A stretch of DNA of 64,000 nucleotides. Source: an uncultured Gammaproteobacteria bacterium (GTDB lineage Bacteria; Pseudomonadota; Gammaproteobacteria; JAURND01). Made by a program: the position numbers and the translations under genes. Below the pieces are notes generated by a model. The model saw only the letters and a program-made list of their open reading frames with translations. It did no database searches and was not told the origin of the DNA. The stretch is from the NCBI GenBank assembly GCA_963714975.1, contig CAVQQD010000002.1, forward strand, positions 160,001 through 224,000, read 5' to 3'. Positions 1 through 9,982 of the stretch are shown here, piece after piece; the stretch's first letter is position 1, and the number at the start of each line of letters is the position of its first letter.

Positions 1-1598
1 TTAGAGGCGTAAATGCCCTAGCGGATGTTGTGAAAGTAACTTTAGGCCCACGCGGTCGGATTGTAGTGTTACAAAAATCCTATGGTAGCCCTACCGCTAC
101 TAAGGATGGCGTGACTGTCGCTAAAGAAGTTGAGTTGAAAGATCCATTTGAAAACATGATTGCTCAGATGGTTAAAGAAGTGGCTTCGAAGACCTCTGAT
201 GTTGCGGGAGATGGAACTACCACCGCTACTGTATTGACGCAATCGATTGTAGTGGAAGGTATGAAAGCGGTTGCCGCCGGTATGAATCCGATGGATCTCA
301 AGCGTGGGATTGATAAAGCAGTGGTTGCCGCAGTTGCTGAGTTGAAAAAGCATTCCAAAGAGTGCTCTTCTAAAACTGCCATTGCCCAAGTCGGTTCGAT
401 TTCTGCCAATTCTGACACCGTTATTGGTGATCTGATTGCTGAAGCCATGGAAAAAGTAGGTAAAGATGGCGTCATCACCGTTGAAGAAGGCTCCCTAGAT
501 TACGAACTTAAGACTGTGGATGGGATGCAATTTGATCGCGGTTATTTATCGCCATACTTTATTAGTGACCAAGATAGCATGAGCGCTAACTTAGAAAATC
601 CATTTGTTTTATTGGTGGATAAGAAAATCTCTAATGTTCGCGATTTATTGCCCGTCTTAGAACAAGTTGCCAAAGCAGGCCGACCCTTATTGTTAGTAGC
701 AGAAGATGTGGAAGGCGAAGCATTAGCGACTTTGGTGGTCAACTATATCCGTGGCGTTGTCAAAGCAGTGGCAGTTAAAGCCCCAGGATTTGGTGACCGT
801 CGTAAAGCCATGCTTCAAGATATCGCCATTCTCACTGGCGCTAAGGTCATTTCTGAAGAAATTGGTATTACTTTGGAAGGTGCTACCTTACAGGATCTTG
901 GTGCCGCAAAGCGTATTGTGGTGACTAAAGAAAACACCACGATTATTGATGGCGGTGGTGAAGCCAAAGATATTAAAGCGCGGATTAGTGCCTTGCACAA
1001 AGAGATTGAGAAAACTACTTCTGACTATGACCTGGAAAAATTACAAGAACGTTTAGCTAAGTTATCAGGCGGCGTTGCTATCATTAAAGTGGGTGCTGCG
1101 ACTGAAACCGCGATGAAGGAATTAAAAGCGCGGGTGGAAGATGCACTCCATGCAACGCGTGCGGCTGTTCAAGAAGGTGTAGTACCTGGAGGCGGGGTTG
1201 CTTTAATTCGTGCCTTACAAGGGATGGCGAATCTTAAAGGCGAGAATGATGACCAGAACACCGGTATTGCGATTCTGCGTCGGGCCATGGAATCTCCGCT
1301 GCGTCAGATCGTTGCCAATGCGGGTGAAGAACCTTCCGTGATTTTAGCTAAGGTAGTCGATGGCAAAGGTAATTTTGGTTATAACGCCGCTTCCAGTGAG
1401 TTTGGCGATATGATCGAAATGGGTATCTTAGACCCAACCAAGGTCACTCGTACTGCATTGCAAAATGCGGCCTCGATTGCTGGCTTGATGATTACCACAG
1501 GCGCCATGGTCGCTGAAATTCCGAAAAAGGAAACAGCTATGGCTGGTGGTGAAGGTGGTGGTATGGGCGGCATGGGAGGAATGGGCGGTATGATGTAA
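1..1598 (+). CDS. groEL: Chaperonin GroEL (5' end lies outside the window)
   Basis: [10 protein letters not shown] and [10 protein letters not shown] motifs and a C-terminal GGM repeat; frame is open from the window edge. Confidence 0.99.
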   Translation, partial: RGVNALADVVKVTLGPRGRIVVLQKSYGSPTATKDGVTVAKEVELKDPFENMIAQMVKEVASKTSDVAGDGTTTATVLTQSIVVEGMKAVAAGMNPMDLKRGIDKAVVAAVAELKKHSKECSSKTAIAQVGSISANSDTVIGDLIAEAMEKVGKDGVITVEEGSLDYELKTVDGMQFDRGYLSPYFISDQDSMSANLENPFVLLVDKKISNVRDLLPVLEQVAKAGRPLLLVAEDVEGEALATLVVNYIRGVVKAVAVKAPGFGDRRKAMLQDIAILTGAKVISEEIGITLEGATLQDLGAAKRIVVTKENTTIIDGGGEAKDIKARISALHKEIEKTTSDYDLEKLQERLAKLSGGVAIIKVGAATETAMKELKARVEDALHATRAAVQEGVVPGGGVALIRALQGMANLKGENDDQNTGIAILRRAMESPLRQIVANAGEEPSVILAKVVDGKGNFGYNAASSEFGDMIEMGILDPTKVTRTALQNAASIAGLMITTGAMVAEIPKKETAMAGGEGGGMGGMGGMGGMM

Positions 1599-1608
1599 TG
1601 ATGGAAAA

Positions 1609-1730
1609 ATCCTTCTCCCCTTTGGGGGAGAAGGAGGCCGTAGGCCGGATGAGGGTGTTTGGAATGGCTTTTAGCACTGTAAAACACTCTCACTCGACTC
1701 TTCGGTACCCTCCCCCCAAAGCGGGAGAGG
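1609..1730. repeat. Palindromic repeat family A (CCTTCTCCC..GGGAGAAGG..GCCGGATGAGGG), degenerate inverted doublet between convergent genes
   Basis: Same motif recurs about 15 times in the window. Confidence 0.85.
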
Positions 1731-1738
1731 TGTTTTTT

Positions 1739-2596
1739 TTAAGCTCCAAAAATACCTTCTTTATCTGGGCGGCCCAAAAGATTCTTATCATCGCTAGTAT
1801 TAGCGCCAATAAAATAGAGAGTGTCCCCACAACTATTAACAGCATCTCCAACATAGTCTTTAAGTTTCTGCCATTTTTCAGGATAAGCAACTGTTAATGC
1901 TAGCAGCGCCAATAAAACCAGCACCGCGATACTGATACCAGTTGTATAATTATGCCCATGAGGACCTGTCGCCATTAGAGCAGTAATGACGTGATCTTTA
2001 AAAGCTCCATCGGGGAGAAGAGAGAACAGCTTTTGATTCTGTTCAACATCTAAACAAGACGCTGTTAAAGCTGTTACACTGGGTGCACTTACTCCAAAAA
2101 ATAGCAGTCCATAGCCAATTTTTTCACCAGTAGGGGGTTGGTAAGCTTGTAATTCATTTATTATCTCCTGTGGAATGTTAAGTATCCCGCTGTGGGCAAT
2201 TGGTAAACTGGTTGTGCCTCGCGCATATCTTTCAGGGTCTTCGGTGTCGGTGGGAATAGGCTGTTTATACTTTGGATTGTAATTTGGTAGTAGCGCTATG
2301 TAATTTGGTGGTGGATCAAGCTTGGTTTCTAAAAAAAATTTTCCTATAAAATGTTCCAGACCCCATGTGCAAAAAAGTGAAACAGTCTTTTCTTGGTTAT
2401 TTGTTACGCAATCATATCCTTTAAAGGCTGTAGTGATCCCGACTTGATCATCTGTTGTGGTGGTTTTTGATTTTTCGCAATAACTTATGAATAATTCATA
2501 TAATTTCGGATCGTGAAACGTTAAATGATAACGTGGTTTATATTCCTCGGAATCGTCGTATTTAAAAACACACGCTTCTTTTTTAAATATTGCCAT
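1739..2596 (-). CDS. Hypothetical protein, paralogue 1 of 3; variable N-terminal domain plus conserved C-terminal module with two hydrophobic segments
   Basis: 285 aa ORF with AGGT-like RBS; clear homology to the two adjacent ORFs. Confidence 0.85.
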   Translation of the reverse strand: MAIFKKEACVFKYDDSEEYKPRYHLTFHDPKLYELFISYCEKSKTTTTDDQVGITTAFKGYDCVTNNQEKTVSLFCTWGLEHFIGKFFLETKLDPPPNYIALLPNYNPKYKQPIPTDTEDPERYARGTTSLPIAHSGILNIPQEIINELQAYQPPTGEKIGYGLLFFGVSAPSVTALTASCLDVEQNQKLFSLLPDGAFKDHVITALMATGPHGHNYTTGISIAVLVLLALLALTVAYPEKWQKLKDYVGDAVNSCGDTLYFIGANTSDDKNLLGRPDKEGIFGA

Positions 2597-2660
2597 AATG
2601 TAAATACCTGTTTCTGAGCTGTTGTCCTGTTAAATGTAAATGGTGGAGTAACTTCCCAGG

Positions 2661-2687
2661 TGTCATCCCGAGCGAAGCGAGGGATCT
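2661..2687. repeat. Short REP-like palindrome TGTCATCCCGAGCGAAGCGAGGGATCT
   Basis: Hairpin resembling the widespread GTCATCCTGAGCGAAGCGAAGGATCT REP class; single copy here. Confidence 0.6.
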
Positions 2688-3537
2688 ATTGGGATGAGGC
2701 TGAACTTTTACCTGGGCACACATAGTCTTTAGCAGTGTCTTTAACTGTCTGCCATTTTTCAGGATAAGCAACTGTTAGTGCTACCAGCGCCAATAAAACC
2801 AGCACCGCGATACTGATCCCAGTTGTATAATTATGCCCATGAGGACCTGTCGCCATTAGAGCAGTAATGACGTGATCTTTAAAAGCTCCATCGGGGAGAA
2901 GAGAGAACAGCTTTTGGTTCTGTTCAACATCTAAACAAGACGCTGTTAAAGCTGTCACACTAGATGCACTTACTCCAAAAAATAGCAGCCCATAGCCAAT
3001 CTTTTGACCAGTTGATAAGGGTTTTGAATCAGGGAGAGATAGTAGTTCGGAGTCTGGGCATCTTTGGTAAGCTTGTAATTTATTTATTATCTCCGGTGGA
3101 ATTTCAAGTGTCCCGTAGCGGCCAAGTTTTAAAGTGGTTGTGCCTTTTGCATAGAGACTAGGATTCACCCCATCGGTAGGCTGTTTATAGGCAGGCTCGT
3201 AGCCTACTATTCCTTGTGTATACTCTTCTGGTAGATCAAGTCCAGTTTCTAAAAAAAATTTTCCTATAAAATTTGCGTCACCCCATGCCGCGACAGGTAC
3301 TGAAATAGTCTGTTGCGAATCATCCGTTTGGCAACGAACAACCTCAAAGCCTGTTGAGCCAATTTTAATTTTTGATCCCTCAGGATCATTTGGTTCGAGG
3401 ATAGTCTTTGATTGTGTGCCGTACTCTTTGAATAAGTTATATAATTGCTGATCGCGAAACGTGAATCGATAGTAGTTACTAGGATCGTCGCGCTTGTCGT
3501 GTTTGAAGACATAAACTTCTTCTTGATGTGTTGCCAT
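2686..3537 (-). CDS. Hypothetical protein, paralogue 2 of 3 (likely start MATHQEE)
   Basis: ORF homologous to its neighbours; RBS region nearly the same as that of paralogue 1. Confidence 0.85.
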   Translation of the reverse strand: MATHQEEVYVFKHDKRDDPSNYYRFTFRDQQLYNLFKEYGTQSKTILEPNDPEGSKIKIGSTGFEVVRCQTDDSQQTISVPVAAWGDANFIGKFFLETGLDLPEEYTQGIVGYEPAYKQPTDGVNPSLYAKGTTTLKLGRYGTLEIPPEIINKLQAYQRCPDSELLSLPDSKPLSTGQKIGYGLLFFGVSASSVTALTASCLDVEQNQKLFSLLPDGAFKDHVITALMATGPHGHNYTTGISIAVLVLLALVALTVAYPEKWQTVKDTAKDYVCPGKSSASSQ

Positions 3538-3609
3538 AATGTAAATACCTCTTTTTGAGTGTTGTTCCTGCGTAAATGGTGGGAACAATAAAATTAATAG
3601 TTGGGGGTA

Positions 3610-3637
3610 ATTGTACTTGAATATATTTTTAATGCAA
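3610..3637 (-). promoter_or_regulatory. Putative sigma70 promoter TTGCAT-16-TACAAT for paralogue 2
   Basis: Homologous promoter conserved at 4741-4768. Confidence 0.55.
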
Positions 3638-3697
3638 TTCTTTTAAAAATTATGCGACCATTCGGTAGTTTTTTTCTGAGCATGGCATAATTTCTTC

Positions 3698-3771
3698 GGT
3701 TCTATGAAGTTTTGAGTGGGTAATATATCCTTCTCCCCTTGTGGGAGAAGGTGCCGAAGGCGGATGAGGGG
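3698..3771. repeat. Solo MITE left end (GGTTCTATGAAGTTTTGAGTGGGTAA) followed directly by a family A palindrome
   Basis: Matches the left end of the element at 30348; family A consensus at 3727-3771. Confidence 0.75.
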
Positions 3772-3789
3772 TAAGCTCATTACGCGCTC

Positions 3790-4632
3790 TTATTCAGATG
3801 AGGTTGAGCTATTACCTGGGCACACATAGTCTTTAGCAGTGTCTTTAACTGTCTGCCATTTTTCAGAATAAGCAACTGTTAGTGCTAGCAGCGCCAATAA
3901 AACCAGCACCGCGATACTAAATCCAGTGGCATAATTATGCCCATGAGGACCTGCCGCCATTAGCGCAGTAATGACGTGATCTTTAAAAGCTCCATCGGGG
4001 AGAAGAGAGAACAGCTTTTGATTCTGTTCAACATCTAAGCAAGACGCTGTTAAAGCTGTCACACTGGGTGCGCTTACTCCAAAAAATAGCAGTCCATAGC
4101 CAATCTTTGCACTAGTAGATAGTCCTAAGTTCTTTGTTTTGTAGTGTTCGTAGCCAGGAGGGGGTTGGTAAGCTTGTAATTCATTTATTATCTCCTGTGG
4201 AATTCCAAGTATCCCTTGACGGGCAAGCGGTAAAGTGGTCGTGCCTCTTTCGTAGCGACTAAAATTGATCTCATCGGTAGGCTGTTTATATTTAGGATCG
4301 TAGCCGTCTATTCCTTGTATGTACTCTTGTGGTAGATTAAGTTCAGTTTCTAAAAAAAATTTTCCTATAACATTGTTAAGACCCTGGCAATCTAAGAGTG
4401 AAACAGTCCATGTTTGGTCATCTTTTTCGCATTCATATTCCACAAAGGCTGTTATGCCAGCTTCGGTTTTTTTTTGTTTTGTAGGATCTTCTGTGATGGA
4501 TTTTTCTAAATATTTTACAAATAAATTATATAATTTCCAATCTGAAAAACTGAAATGATATCTGTCAAGCCTCGAAGGATTGTTTGGTTTTTCATTTCTA
4601 AAAGTGTAAAGCGATTGTTTATCTTCTGTCAT
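3790..4632 (-). CDS. Hypothetical protein, paralogue 3 of 3
   Basis: 280 aa ORF homologous to its neighbours. Confidence 0.85.
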   Translation of the reverse strand: MTEDKQSLYTFRNEKPNNPSRLDRYHFSFSDWKLYNLFVKYLEKSITEDPTKQKKTEAGITAFVEYECEKDDQTWTVSLLDCQGLNNVIGKFFLETELNLPQEYIQGIDGYDPKYKQPTDEINFSRYERGTTTLPLARQGILGIPQEIINELQAYQPPPGYEHYKTKNLGLSTSAKIGYGLLFFGVSAPSVTALTASCLDVEQNQKLFSLLPDGAFKDHVITALMAAGPHGHNYATGFSIAVLVLLALLALTVAYSEKWQTVKDTAKDYVCPGNSSTSSE

Positions 4633-4740
4633 AATAAAGACTCTTATATGAGATTAAAATCTTGCCCATGCCACTCTGGAATGTAAATCAGCCATTTACC
4701 AGATCCATACCAGGACGACGAGGTGAATAATTAGGGAGTA

Positions 4741-4768
4741 ATTATACTCAAATATAGTATTAATGCAA
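4741..4768 (-). promoter_or_regulatory. Putative sigma70 promoter TTGCAT-16-TATAAT for paralogue 3
   Basis: Near-consensus hexamers, conserved with 3610-3637. Confidence 0.55.
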
Positions 4769-4834
4769 TTTTTTTGTAAATTATGTGATCATTCGGTAGT
4801 TTTAAATAAACCATGATCTTGAGCCAACTGCTGC

Positions 4835-4881
4835 ACCCTCACCCGCCTTCGGCACCCTCTCCCGCAGGCGGGAGAGGGGAT
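4835..4881. repeat. Family A palindrome, reverse orientation
   Basis: CCCTCACCCGCCTTCGGCACCCTCTCCCGCAGGCGGGAGAGGG. Confidence 0.85.
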
Positions 4882-4906
4882 TTAGTTCGAGCATGTTATA
4901 AATATA

Positions 4907-4935
4907 TTGACATTCCGATTGTACTATCCCAGAAT
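4907..4935 (+). promoter_or_regulatory. Putative promoter of the tRNA-tuf operon, TTGACA-17-CAGAAT
   Basis: Perfect -35 just upstream of tRNA-Tyr. Confidence 0.55.
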
Positions 4936-4951
4936 AACCAGCTTACTTTTT

Positions 4952-5036
<85 letters not shown>

Positions 5037-5058
5037 TCTGGATAGGGTTGGGTGGTGT

Positions 5059-5132
5059 GCGGGTGTAGTTCAATGGTAGAACTTCAGCCTTCCAAGCTGA
5101 TAGTGTGGGTTCGATTCCCATCACCCGCTCCA
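5059..5132 (+). tRNA. tRNA-Gly (TCC)
   Basis: Anticodon arm TCAGCCTTCCAAGCTGA; ends in CCA. Confidence 0.97.
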
Positions 5133-5137
5133 AGAAG

Positions 5138-5213
5138 GCCCACATAGCTCAGTCGGCAGAGCACTTCCTTGGTAAGGAAGAGGTCACCGGTTCAAATCCG
5201 GTTGTGGGCTCCA
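5138..5213 (+). tRNA. tRNA-Thr (GGT)
   Basis: Anticodon arm CTTCCTTGGTAAGGAAG; ends in CCA. Confidence 0.97.
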
Positions 5214-5254
5214 GTGAGCTGATTCTCTCTTTAAATTATTTGGAGAAATAATGT

Positions 5255-6442
5255 ATGGGCAAAATGAAATTTGAGCGTACGCTCCCGCATGTCAATGTAG
5301 GAACCATAGGACACGTAGACCATGGTAAGACGACTCTGACTGCCGCAATCACTAAAGTCATGCAAAAGTATGGGTTGCCGGCCTATGCCTTTGATCAAAT
5401 TGATAAAGCGCCCGAAGAAAAAGCGCGCGGGATCACGATTGCCACAGCACATGTGGAATACCAATCGCCCAATCGCCATTATGCTCACGTGGACTGCCCA
5501 GGCCATGCGGATTATGTGAAGAACATGATTACCGGTGCGGCGCAAATGGATGGAGCCATCTTGGTCGTCTCTGCTGCAGATGGTCCGATGCCACAAACCC
5601 GAGAACACATTTTATTAGCCCGACAGGTGGGTGTGCCCAAGATTGTAGTATTTTTGAACAAAGTGGATATGGTTGACGATCCTGAATTATTAGAGCTAGT
5701 CGAGATGGAAGTCAGAGATTTATTGAATAAATATGATTTCCCAGGAGACGATACCCCCATCATCCGAGGATCCGCATTAAAGGCCTTGGAAGGAGATAGC
5801 AGTGACATTGGCACCGTGGCGATTGAGAAATTAGTCCAGGCCATGGACGATTACATCCCAATTCCTGATCGTCCCGTAGACCAACCCTTCTTGTTGCCGA
5901 TTGAAGATGTGTTTTCGATTTCAGGTCGCGGCACTGTAGTCACGGGTCGCATCGAGCGCGGAGTTGTCAAGGTTGGGGAAGAAGTGGAGATTATCGGCTT
6001 AAGAGCGACGCAGAAAACGATTTGCACCGGAGTGGAGATGTTCCGCAAGCTGTTGGATCAAGGTCAAGCCGGAGACAATGTCGGGGCATTACTCAGAGGG
6101 ATCAGTCGAGAAGATGTAGAGCGAGGCCAAGTATTGGCCAAGCCTGGAAGCATTAAGCCGCATACGAAGTTTGAAGCCGAGGTATACGTGTTATCGAAAG
6201 ATGAGGGAGGCAGACACACCCCATTTTTCAAAGGCTATCGTCCGCAATTTTACTTCCGTACCACAGACGTCACCGGGGAAGTCCATTTACCGGCAGATGT
6301 GGAGATGGTGATGCCGGGGGATAATATCACTGTGACAATTGTATTAATATCGCCGATTGCGATGGAGAAGGGCTTGAAATTCGCCATTCGAGAAGGTGGT
6401 CGCACGGTGGGTGCAGGTATTGTTGCAAAAGTAATTGAATAA
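5255..6442 (+). CDS. tuf: Elongation factor Tu (copy 1)
   Basis: [14 protein letters not shown] and NKVD motifs. Confidence 0.99.
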   Translation: MGKMKFERTLPHVNVGTIGHVDHGKTTLTAAITKVMQKYGLPAYAFDQIDKAPEEKARGITIATAHVEYQSPNRHYAHVDCPGHADYVKNMITGAAQMDGAILVVSAADGPMPQTREHILLARQVGVPKIVVFLNKVDMVDDPELLELVEMEVRDLLNKYDFPGDDTPIIRGSALKALEGDSSDIGTVAIEKLVQAMDDYIPIPDRPVDQPFLLPIEDVFSISGRGTVVTGRIERGVVKVGEEVEIIGLRATQKTICTGVEMFRKLLDQGQAGDNVGALLRGISREDVERGQVLAKPGSIKPHTKFEAEVYVLSKDEGGRHTPFFKGYRPQFYFRTTDVTGEVHLPADVEMVMPGDNITVTIVLISPIAMEKGLKFAIREGGRTVGAGIVAKVIE

Positions 6443-6452
6443 AATACCTTTA

Positions 6453-6491
6453 CCCTCTCCCCCGAAGGTGGGAGAGGGTAGGGAGAGGGGG
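6453..6491. repeat. Family A-related palindrome (CCCTCTCCCC..GGGAGAGGGTAGGGAGAGGGG)
   Basis: Hairpin between tuf and tRNA-Trp. Confidence 0.7.
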
Positions 6492-6495
6492 TCAT

Positions 6496-6571
6496 AGGTC
6501 AGTAGCTCAATTGGTAGAGCAGCGGTCTCCAAAACCGCAGGTTGGGGGTTCGATTCCCTCCTGGCCTGCCA
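6496..6571 (+). tRNA. tRNA-Trp (CCA)
   Basis: Anticodon arm GCGGTCTCCAAAACCGC; ends in CCA; typical position before secE. Confidence 0.97.
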
Positions 6572-6598
6572 GAAGTCAATCTTGTAAAGTTTGTGTTC

Positions 6599-6979
6599 AT
6601 GAATAAAAAAAAGACTGATACAGCCACAATTTCCTTCCGTTTTGATGCACTAAAATGGACTTTAGCCGTCATCTTGGTGATCGCAGGATTGTGGGCTAAT
6701 TATCATTATGCCGAGATTGATTGGCCACTCAGGTTGGGAGGATGGATTATTTTAGCTTGCGTGGGCCTTGGGATTATTTCACAGACTGCTGCTGGCAACC
6801 GCATGTGGGAATTTTCTAAGGGTGCACGTGCAGAGTTGCGTAAGGTAGTCTGGCCGACACGTAAAGAAACTATCCAGACTACTGTCCTCGTCATTGCCAT
6901 GGTCATTTTAATGGCGCTCCTTTTGTGGGGAATTGATTCCTTTTTGTTGTGGATAGTGGGCTTGCTGACAGGACAATGA
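6599..6979 (+). CDS. secE: Preprotein translocase subunit SecE
   Basis: ELRKVVWPTRKET motif, three TM segments, synteny. Confidence 0.96.
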   Translation: MNKKKTDTATISFRFDALKWTLAVILVIAGLWANYHYAEIDWPLRLGGWIILACVGLGIISQTAAGNRMWEFSKGARAELRKVVWPTRKETIQTTVLVIAMVILMALLLWGIDSFLLWIVGLLTGQ

Positions 6980-7027
6980 GGTAGCAATTCTTGTTCAGCG
7001 TGAATTGCTGAAAATGAGGTTATAATT

Positions 7028-7585
7028 ATGACTGAACAGAAATCAGCTGATTTCCCTTCAACTAAACAATGGTTTGTGGTACATACCCGTACCGGTGAAG
7101 AAAATACCGTCGTCATGCGTTTGCGTGATCGTATTCTGAGCCATCACATGGAAGATAAGTTTGGTGACATCATAGTCCCGACAGAAGAAGTGGTAGAAAT
7201 GCGCGCCGGGAAAAAACATAGAACCGAACGCAAGTTTTTTCCCGGCTATGTCTGGGTAGAAATGGTTATGGATGCGAAAACTTGGCATTTCATCAAAGAA
7301 ATACCCGGAGTAATTGGATTTATTGGTGGCAAAACACCAACGCCTATCCCTGCCAAACAAGCAGAATCCATCTTGAGAAAAGTAGAAGAAGGGGCTAGCA
7401 AGCCTCGTCCCAAAGTTCTCTTTGCACCTGGAGAGGTAGTGCGGGTTATTGATGGACCTTTCGCAGACTTTAATGGGGTAGTAGAAGATGTTAATTATGA
7501 GAAAAACCGCTTGAGAGTTTCCGTGCTGATTTTTGGACGTTCAACCCCTGTTGAGCTGGAATTCGGTCAAGTAGAAAAAAGTTGA
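7028..7585 (+). CDS. nusG: Transcription termination/antitermination factor NusG
   Basis: FFPGY motif, KOW domain, IFGRSTPVEL. Confidence 0.98.
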   Translation: MTEQKSADFPSTKQWFVVHTRTGEENTVVMRLRDRILSHHMEDKFGDIIVPTEEVVEMRAGKKHRTERKFFPGYVWVEMVMDAKTWHFIKEIPGVIGFIGGKTPTPIPAKQAESILRKVEEGASKPRPKVLFAPGEVVRVIDGPFADFNGVVEDVNYEKNRLRVSVLIFGRSTPVELEFGQVEKS

Positions 7586-7604
7586 TCTTTAGGAGTGATA
7601 CAAA

Positions 7605-8045
7605 ATGGCAAGAAAAGTACAAGCCTATGTCAAATTGCAAGTAGCTGCTGGAAAGGCAAACCCAAGCCCCCCAGTGGGCCCGGCTTTGGGTCAACATGGT
7701 GTCAATATTATGGAGTTTTGTAAGGCATTTAATGCAAAAACCCAGGCGATGGAGCAAGGCACGCCTATACCGGTAATTATTACGGTCTATAACGACCGCA
7801 GTTTTACTTTTATCATGAAGACCCCTCCCGCTTCCTACTTATTAAAGAAGGCGGCTGGTGTTCAAAGTGGTAGTGCAACTCCGCATACCAACATCGTGGG
7901 TAAGGTAACCATCATGCAATTAGAAGAAATTGCTAAGGTGAAGCATCCGGATCTAACTGCCGGCGACTTGAAAGCAGCACTGCGCACCATTGCGGGGACA
8001 GCTCGTAGTATGGGAATTGAAATTGAGGGTGATATTGATGCCTAA
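7605..8045 (+). CDS. rplK: 50S ribosomal protein L11
   Basis: [23 protein letters not shown]. Confidence 0.99.
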   Translation: MARKVQAYVKLQVAAGKANPSPPVGPALGQHGVNIMEFCKAFNAKTQAMEQGTPIPVIITVYNDRSFTFIMKTPPASYLLKKAAGVQSGSATPHTNIVGKVTIMQLEEIAKVKHPDLTAGDLKAALRTIAGTARSMGIEIEGDIDA

Positions 8046-8727
8046 GTTATCGAAACGTCAACAAATGATTAATCAAAAAGTAGCTCCGGGGAAGTTATAC
8101 TCGCTAGATGAGGCTTTGGCTTTGTTGAAAGAGTGTTCAGCGGTTAAATTTACTGAGAGCGTAGATTTGGCTGCCGTGTTGGGGATTGATGCGAAATTGC
8201 CTGACCAGGCCATCCGTGCTGCCACGGTGTTACCTCATGGTACCGGTCGAACAGTCCGAGTGGCCGTGTTTGCCCAAGGGCAACAAGCAGAAGCCGCTAA
8301 ATCTGCGGGAGCCGATCGTGTGGGTTTTGAGGATTTAGTAGAAGCTGTGAAAGCAGGAGACTTGGATTTTGATGTGGTTATTGCCACTCCCGATGCGATG
8401 CGTTTTGTGGGCCAGCTAGGACAAATCCTAGGCCCCCGTGGTTTAATGCCCAATCCTAAAGTGGGTACTGTTGCCGCCGATGTAGCCACTGCAGTAAAAA
8501 ATGCTAAGTCAGGTCAGGTCCGTTACCGCTCGGAGAAGGGCGGAATTGTGCATTGCACCATCGGTCAAGTGAATTTTGACACCAATGCTTTAAAAGAAAA
8601 CTTAATGGCATTACTAGCAGATTTGAAGAAATTGCGACCCACTTCAGCTAAGGGTGTCTATCTGAAGAAACTAGTGTTATCAAGTACGATGGGCCCAGGT
8701 TTGGTAATTGACCCAGCGAGTGTTTAA
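8038..8727 (+). CDS. rplA: 50S ribosomal protein L1
   Basis: [11 protein letters not shown] and STMGPG; start MPKLSKR overlaps the end of rplK. Confidence 0.98.
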   Translation: MPKLSKRQQMINQKVAPGKLYSLDEALALLKECSAVKFTESVDLAAVLGIDAKLPDQAIRAATVLPHGTGRTVRVAVFAQGQQAEAAKSAGADRVGFEDLVEAVKAGDLDFDVVIATPDAMRFVGQLGQILGPRGLMPNPKVGTVAADVATAVKNAKSGQVRYRSEKGGIVHCTIGQVNFDTNALKENLMALLADLKKLRPTSAKGVYLKKLVLSSTMGPGLVIDPASV

Positions 8728-8764
8728 AGTAAAAAAGAATTCACGGTATCAGTGCTGCTACTGA

Positions 8765-8828
8765 TCCGTCGAAGACCGCAGGCGCCATAAGCATAATCAC
8801 AAGTCATTGTGGCCTGCGCAGACGGTGA
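8765..8828 (+). promoter_or_regulatory. L10 (rplJ) leader autoregulatory RNA
   Basis: CCGTCGAAGACCGCAGG...CCTGCGCAGACGG in the rplA-rplJ spacer. Confidence 0.8.
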
Positions 8829-8889
8829 ACCGGATCAAGCTATGTTCGAGACGGGCACCACATAATATGTTGTCAGCTTGGAGGTATTA

Positions 8890-9417
8890 ATGGCGTTGAA
8901 GTTAGAAGATAAAAAGGCCATTGTCTTGGAAGTGCATGAAAAAGCTAAAGATGCAGGATTTGCTGCTGTTGCCGATTATCGTGGTTTAACAGTTGAGCAA
9001 ATGTCTTTGTTACGTTCTAAAGCAAGAGCAGCAGGTGCTTACTTGCGCATAGTTCGCAACACTTTGGCCAGACGTGCAGTGCAAGATACTGCTTTTGCTT
9101 GTTTGCAAGAAGTATTAGTGGGTCCGATGATTCTGCTGCTTACTTCTGGAGATGCAGGTGAGGCAGCTCGAGTGTTTCGTGATTTTGTCAAAGAACACAA
9201 ACGCTTAGAGGTAAAGGCCTTGTCCTTTGGCCAAGTATTATTGACAGTGCAAGACCTTGAAGCGGTCGCAAACTTACCGAACCGCGATCAAGCTATTGCG
9301 ATGTTGATGGCAGTGCTTAAGGCGCCTGTGGTGCAATTGGCGCGCACTTTGGCTGAGCCTTACGCTAGCTTTGCTCGCGTTTTATCCGCAGTTGCTGAGA
9401 AAAAACAAGCTGCATAG
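8890..9417 (+). CDS. rplJ: 50S ribosomal protein L10
   Basis: DYRGLTV and RNTL motifs; GGAGG RBS. Confidence 0.97.
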   Translation: MALKLEDKKAIVLEVHEKAKDAGFAAVADYRGLTVEQMSLLRSKARAAGAYLRIVRNTLARRAVQDTAFACLQEVLVGPMILLLTSGDAGEAARVFRDFVKEHKRLEVKALSFGQVLLTVQDLEAVANLPNRDQAIAMLMAVLKAPVVQLARTLAEPYASFARVLSAVAEKKQAA

Positions 9418-9477
9418 TGTTGGAGTGCCCTAGGGCGCAATCTAAATATTGATTACTTAAATAGGAGAATATTCATC

Positions 9478-9843
9478 ATGTCCAGTCAAGTATTAGAACT
9501 AATAAAAGGTATGACAATTAAAGAACTTGTTGACCTTGTCAAAGCCATTGAAGACGAATTTGATGTTTCAGCCGCTGCAGCTGTAGCAGCACCCGCAGCC
9601 GCTGTAGCAGCACCCGCCGCCGCGGAAGAAAAAACTGAGTTTGATGTGATCTTAAAAGCATTTGGCGCTAATAAAATTGAGGTAATTAAAGTGGTTCGTG
9701 CTGTCACTGGTTTGGGCCTTAAAGAAGCTAAAGATATGGTCGAAGGAGCGCCTTCGATGGTTAAAGAGGGAGCCAGCAAGGCAGATGCGGCAGAGATCAA
9801 GAAGAAGCTTGAAGAGGCAGGTGCGGAAGTTGAGGTGAAATAG
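9478..9843 (+). CDS. rplL: 50S ribosomal protein L7/L12
   Basis: Ala-rich hinge, [18 protein letters not shown]. Confidence 0.99.
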   Translation: MSSQVLELIKGMTIKELVDLVKAIEDEFDVSAAAAVAAPAAAVAAPAAAEEKTEFDVILKAFGANKIEVIKVVRAVTGLGLKEAKDMVEGAPSMVKEGASKADAAEIKKKLEEAGAEVEVK

Positions 9844-9850
9844 TTTGTTT

Positions 9851-9962
9851 CCGTCGTCCGGGTGGTTTCCGTCGTCCCTGCAGGAAGCAGGGATCCAGTT
9901 GACAAGGACGTTAAAGTTTCATGTCCCTATGTTCTGGATCCCGGTATCCATGCCGGGACGAT
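9851..9962. repeat. Palindromic repeat family B, full-length copy
   Basis: GTCGTCCCTGCAGGAAGCAGGGATCCAG...CTGGATCCCGGTATCCATGCCGGGACGA; homologues at 49166 and 55431. Confidence 0.85.
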
Positions 9963-9982
9963 ATATGTTTTTCTGATGAGGC

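Noticed and set aside
1598-1897. Short ORFs made of repeat sequence (also 9862-10071, 38819-39067, 42096-42314, 62343-62651, and the N-terminal extensions of rplC and rplX)
   Set aside because: They are translations of GC-rich palindromes or antisense overlaps with real genes.
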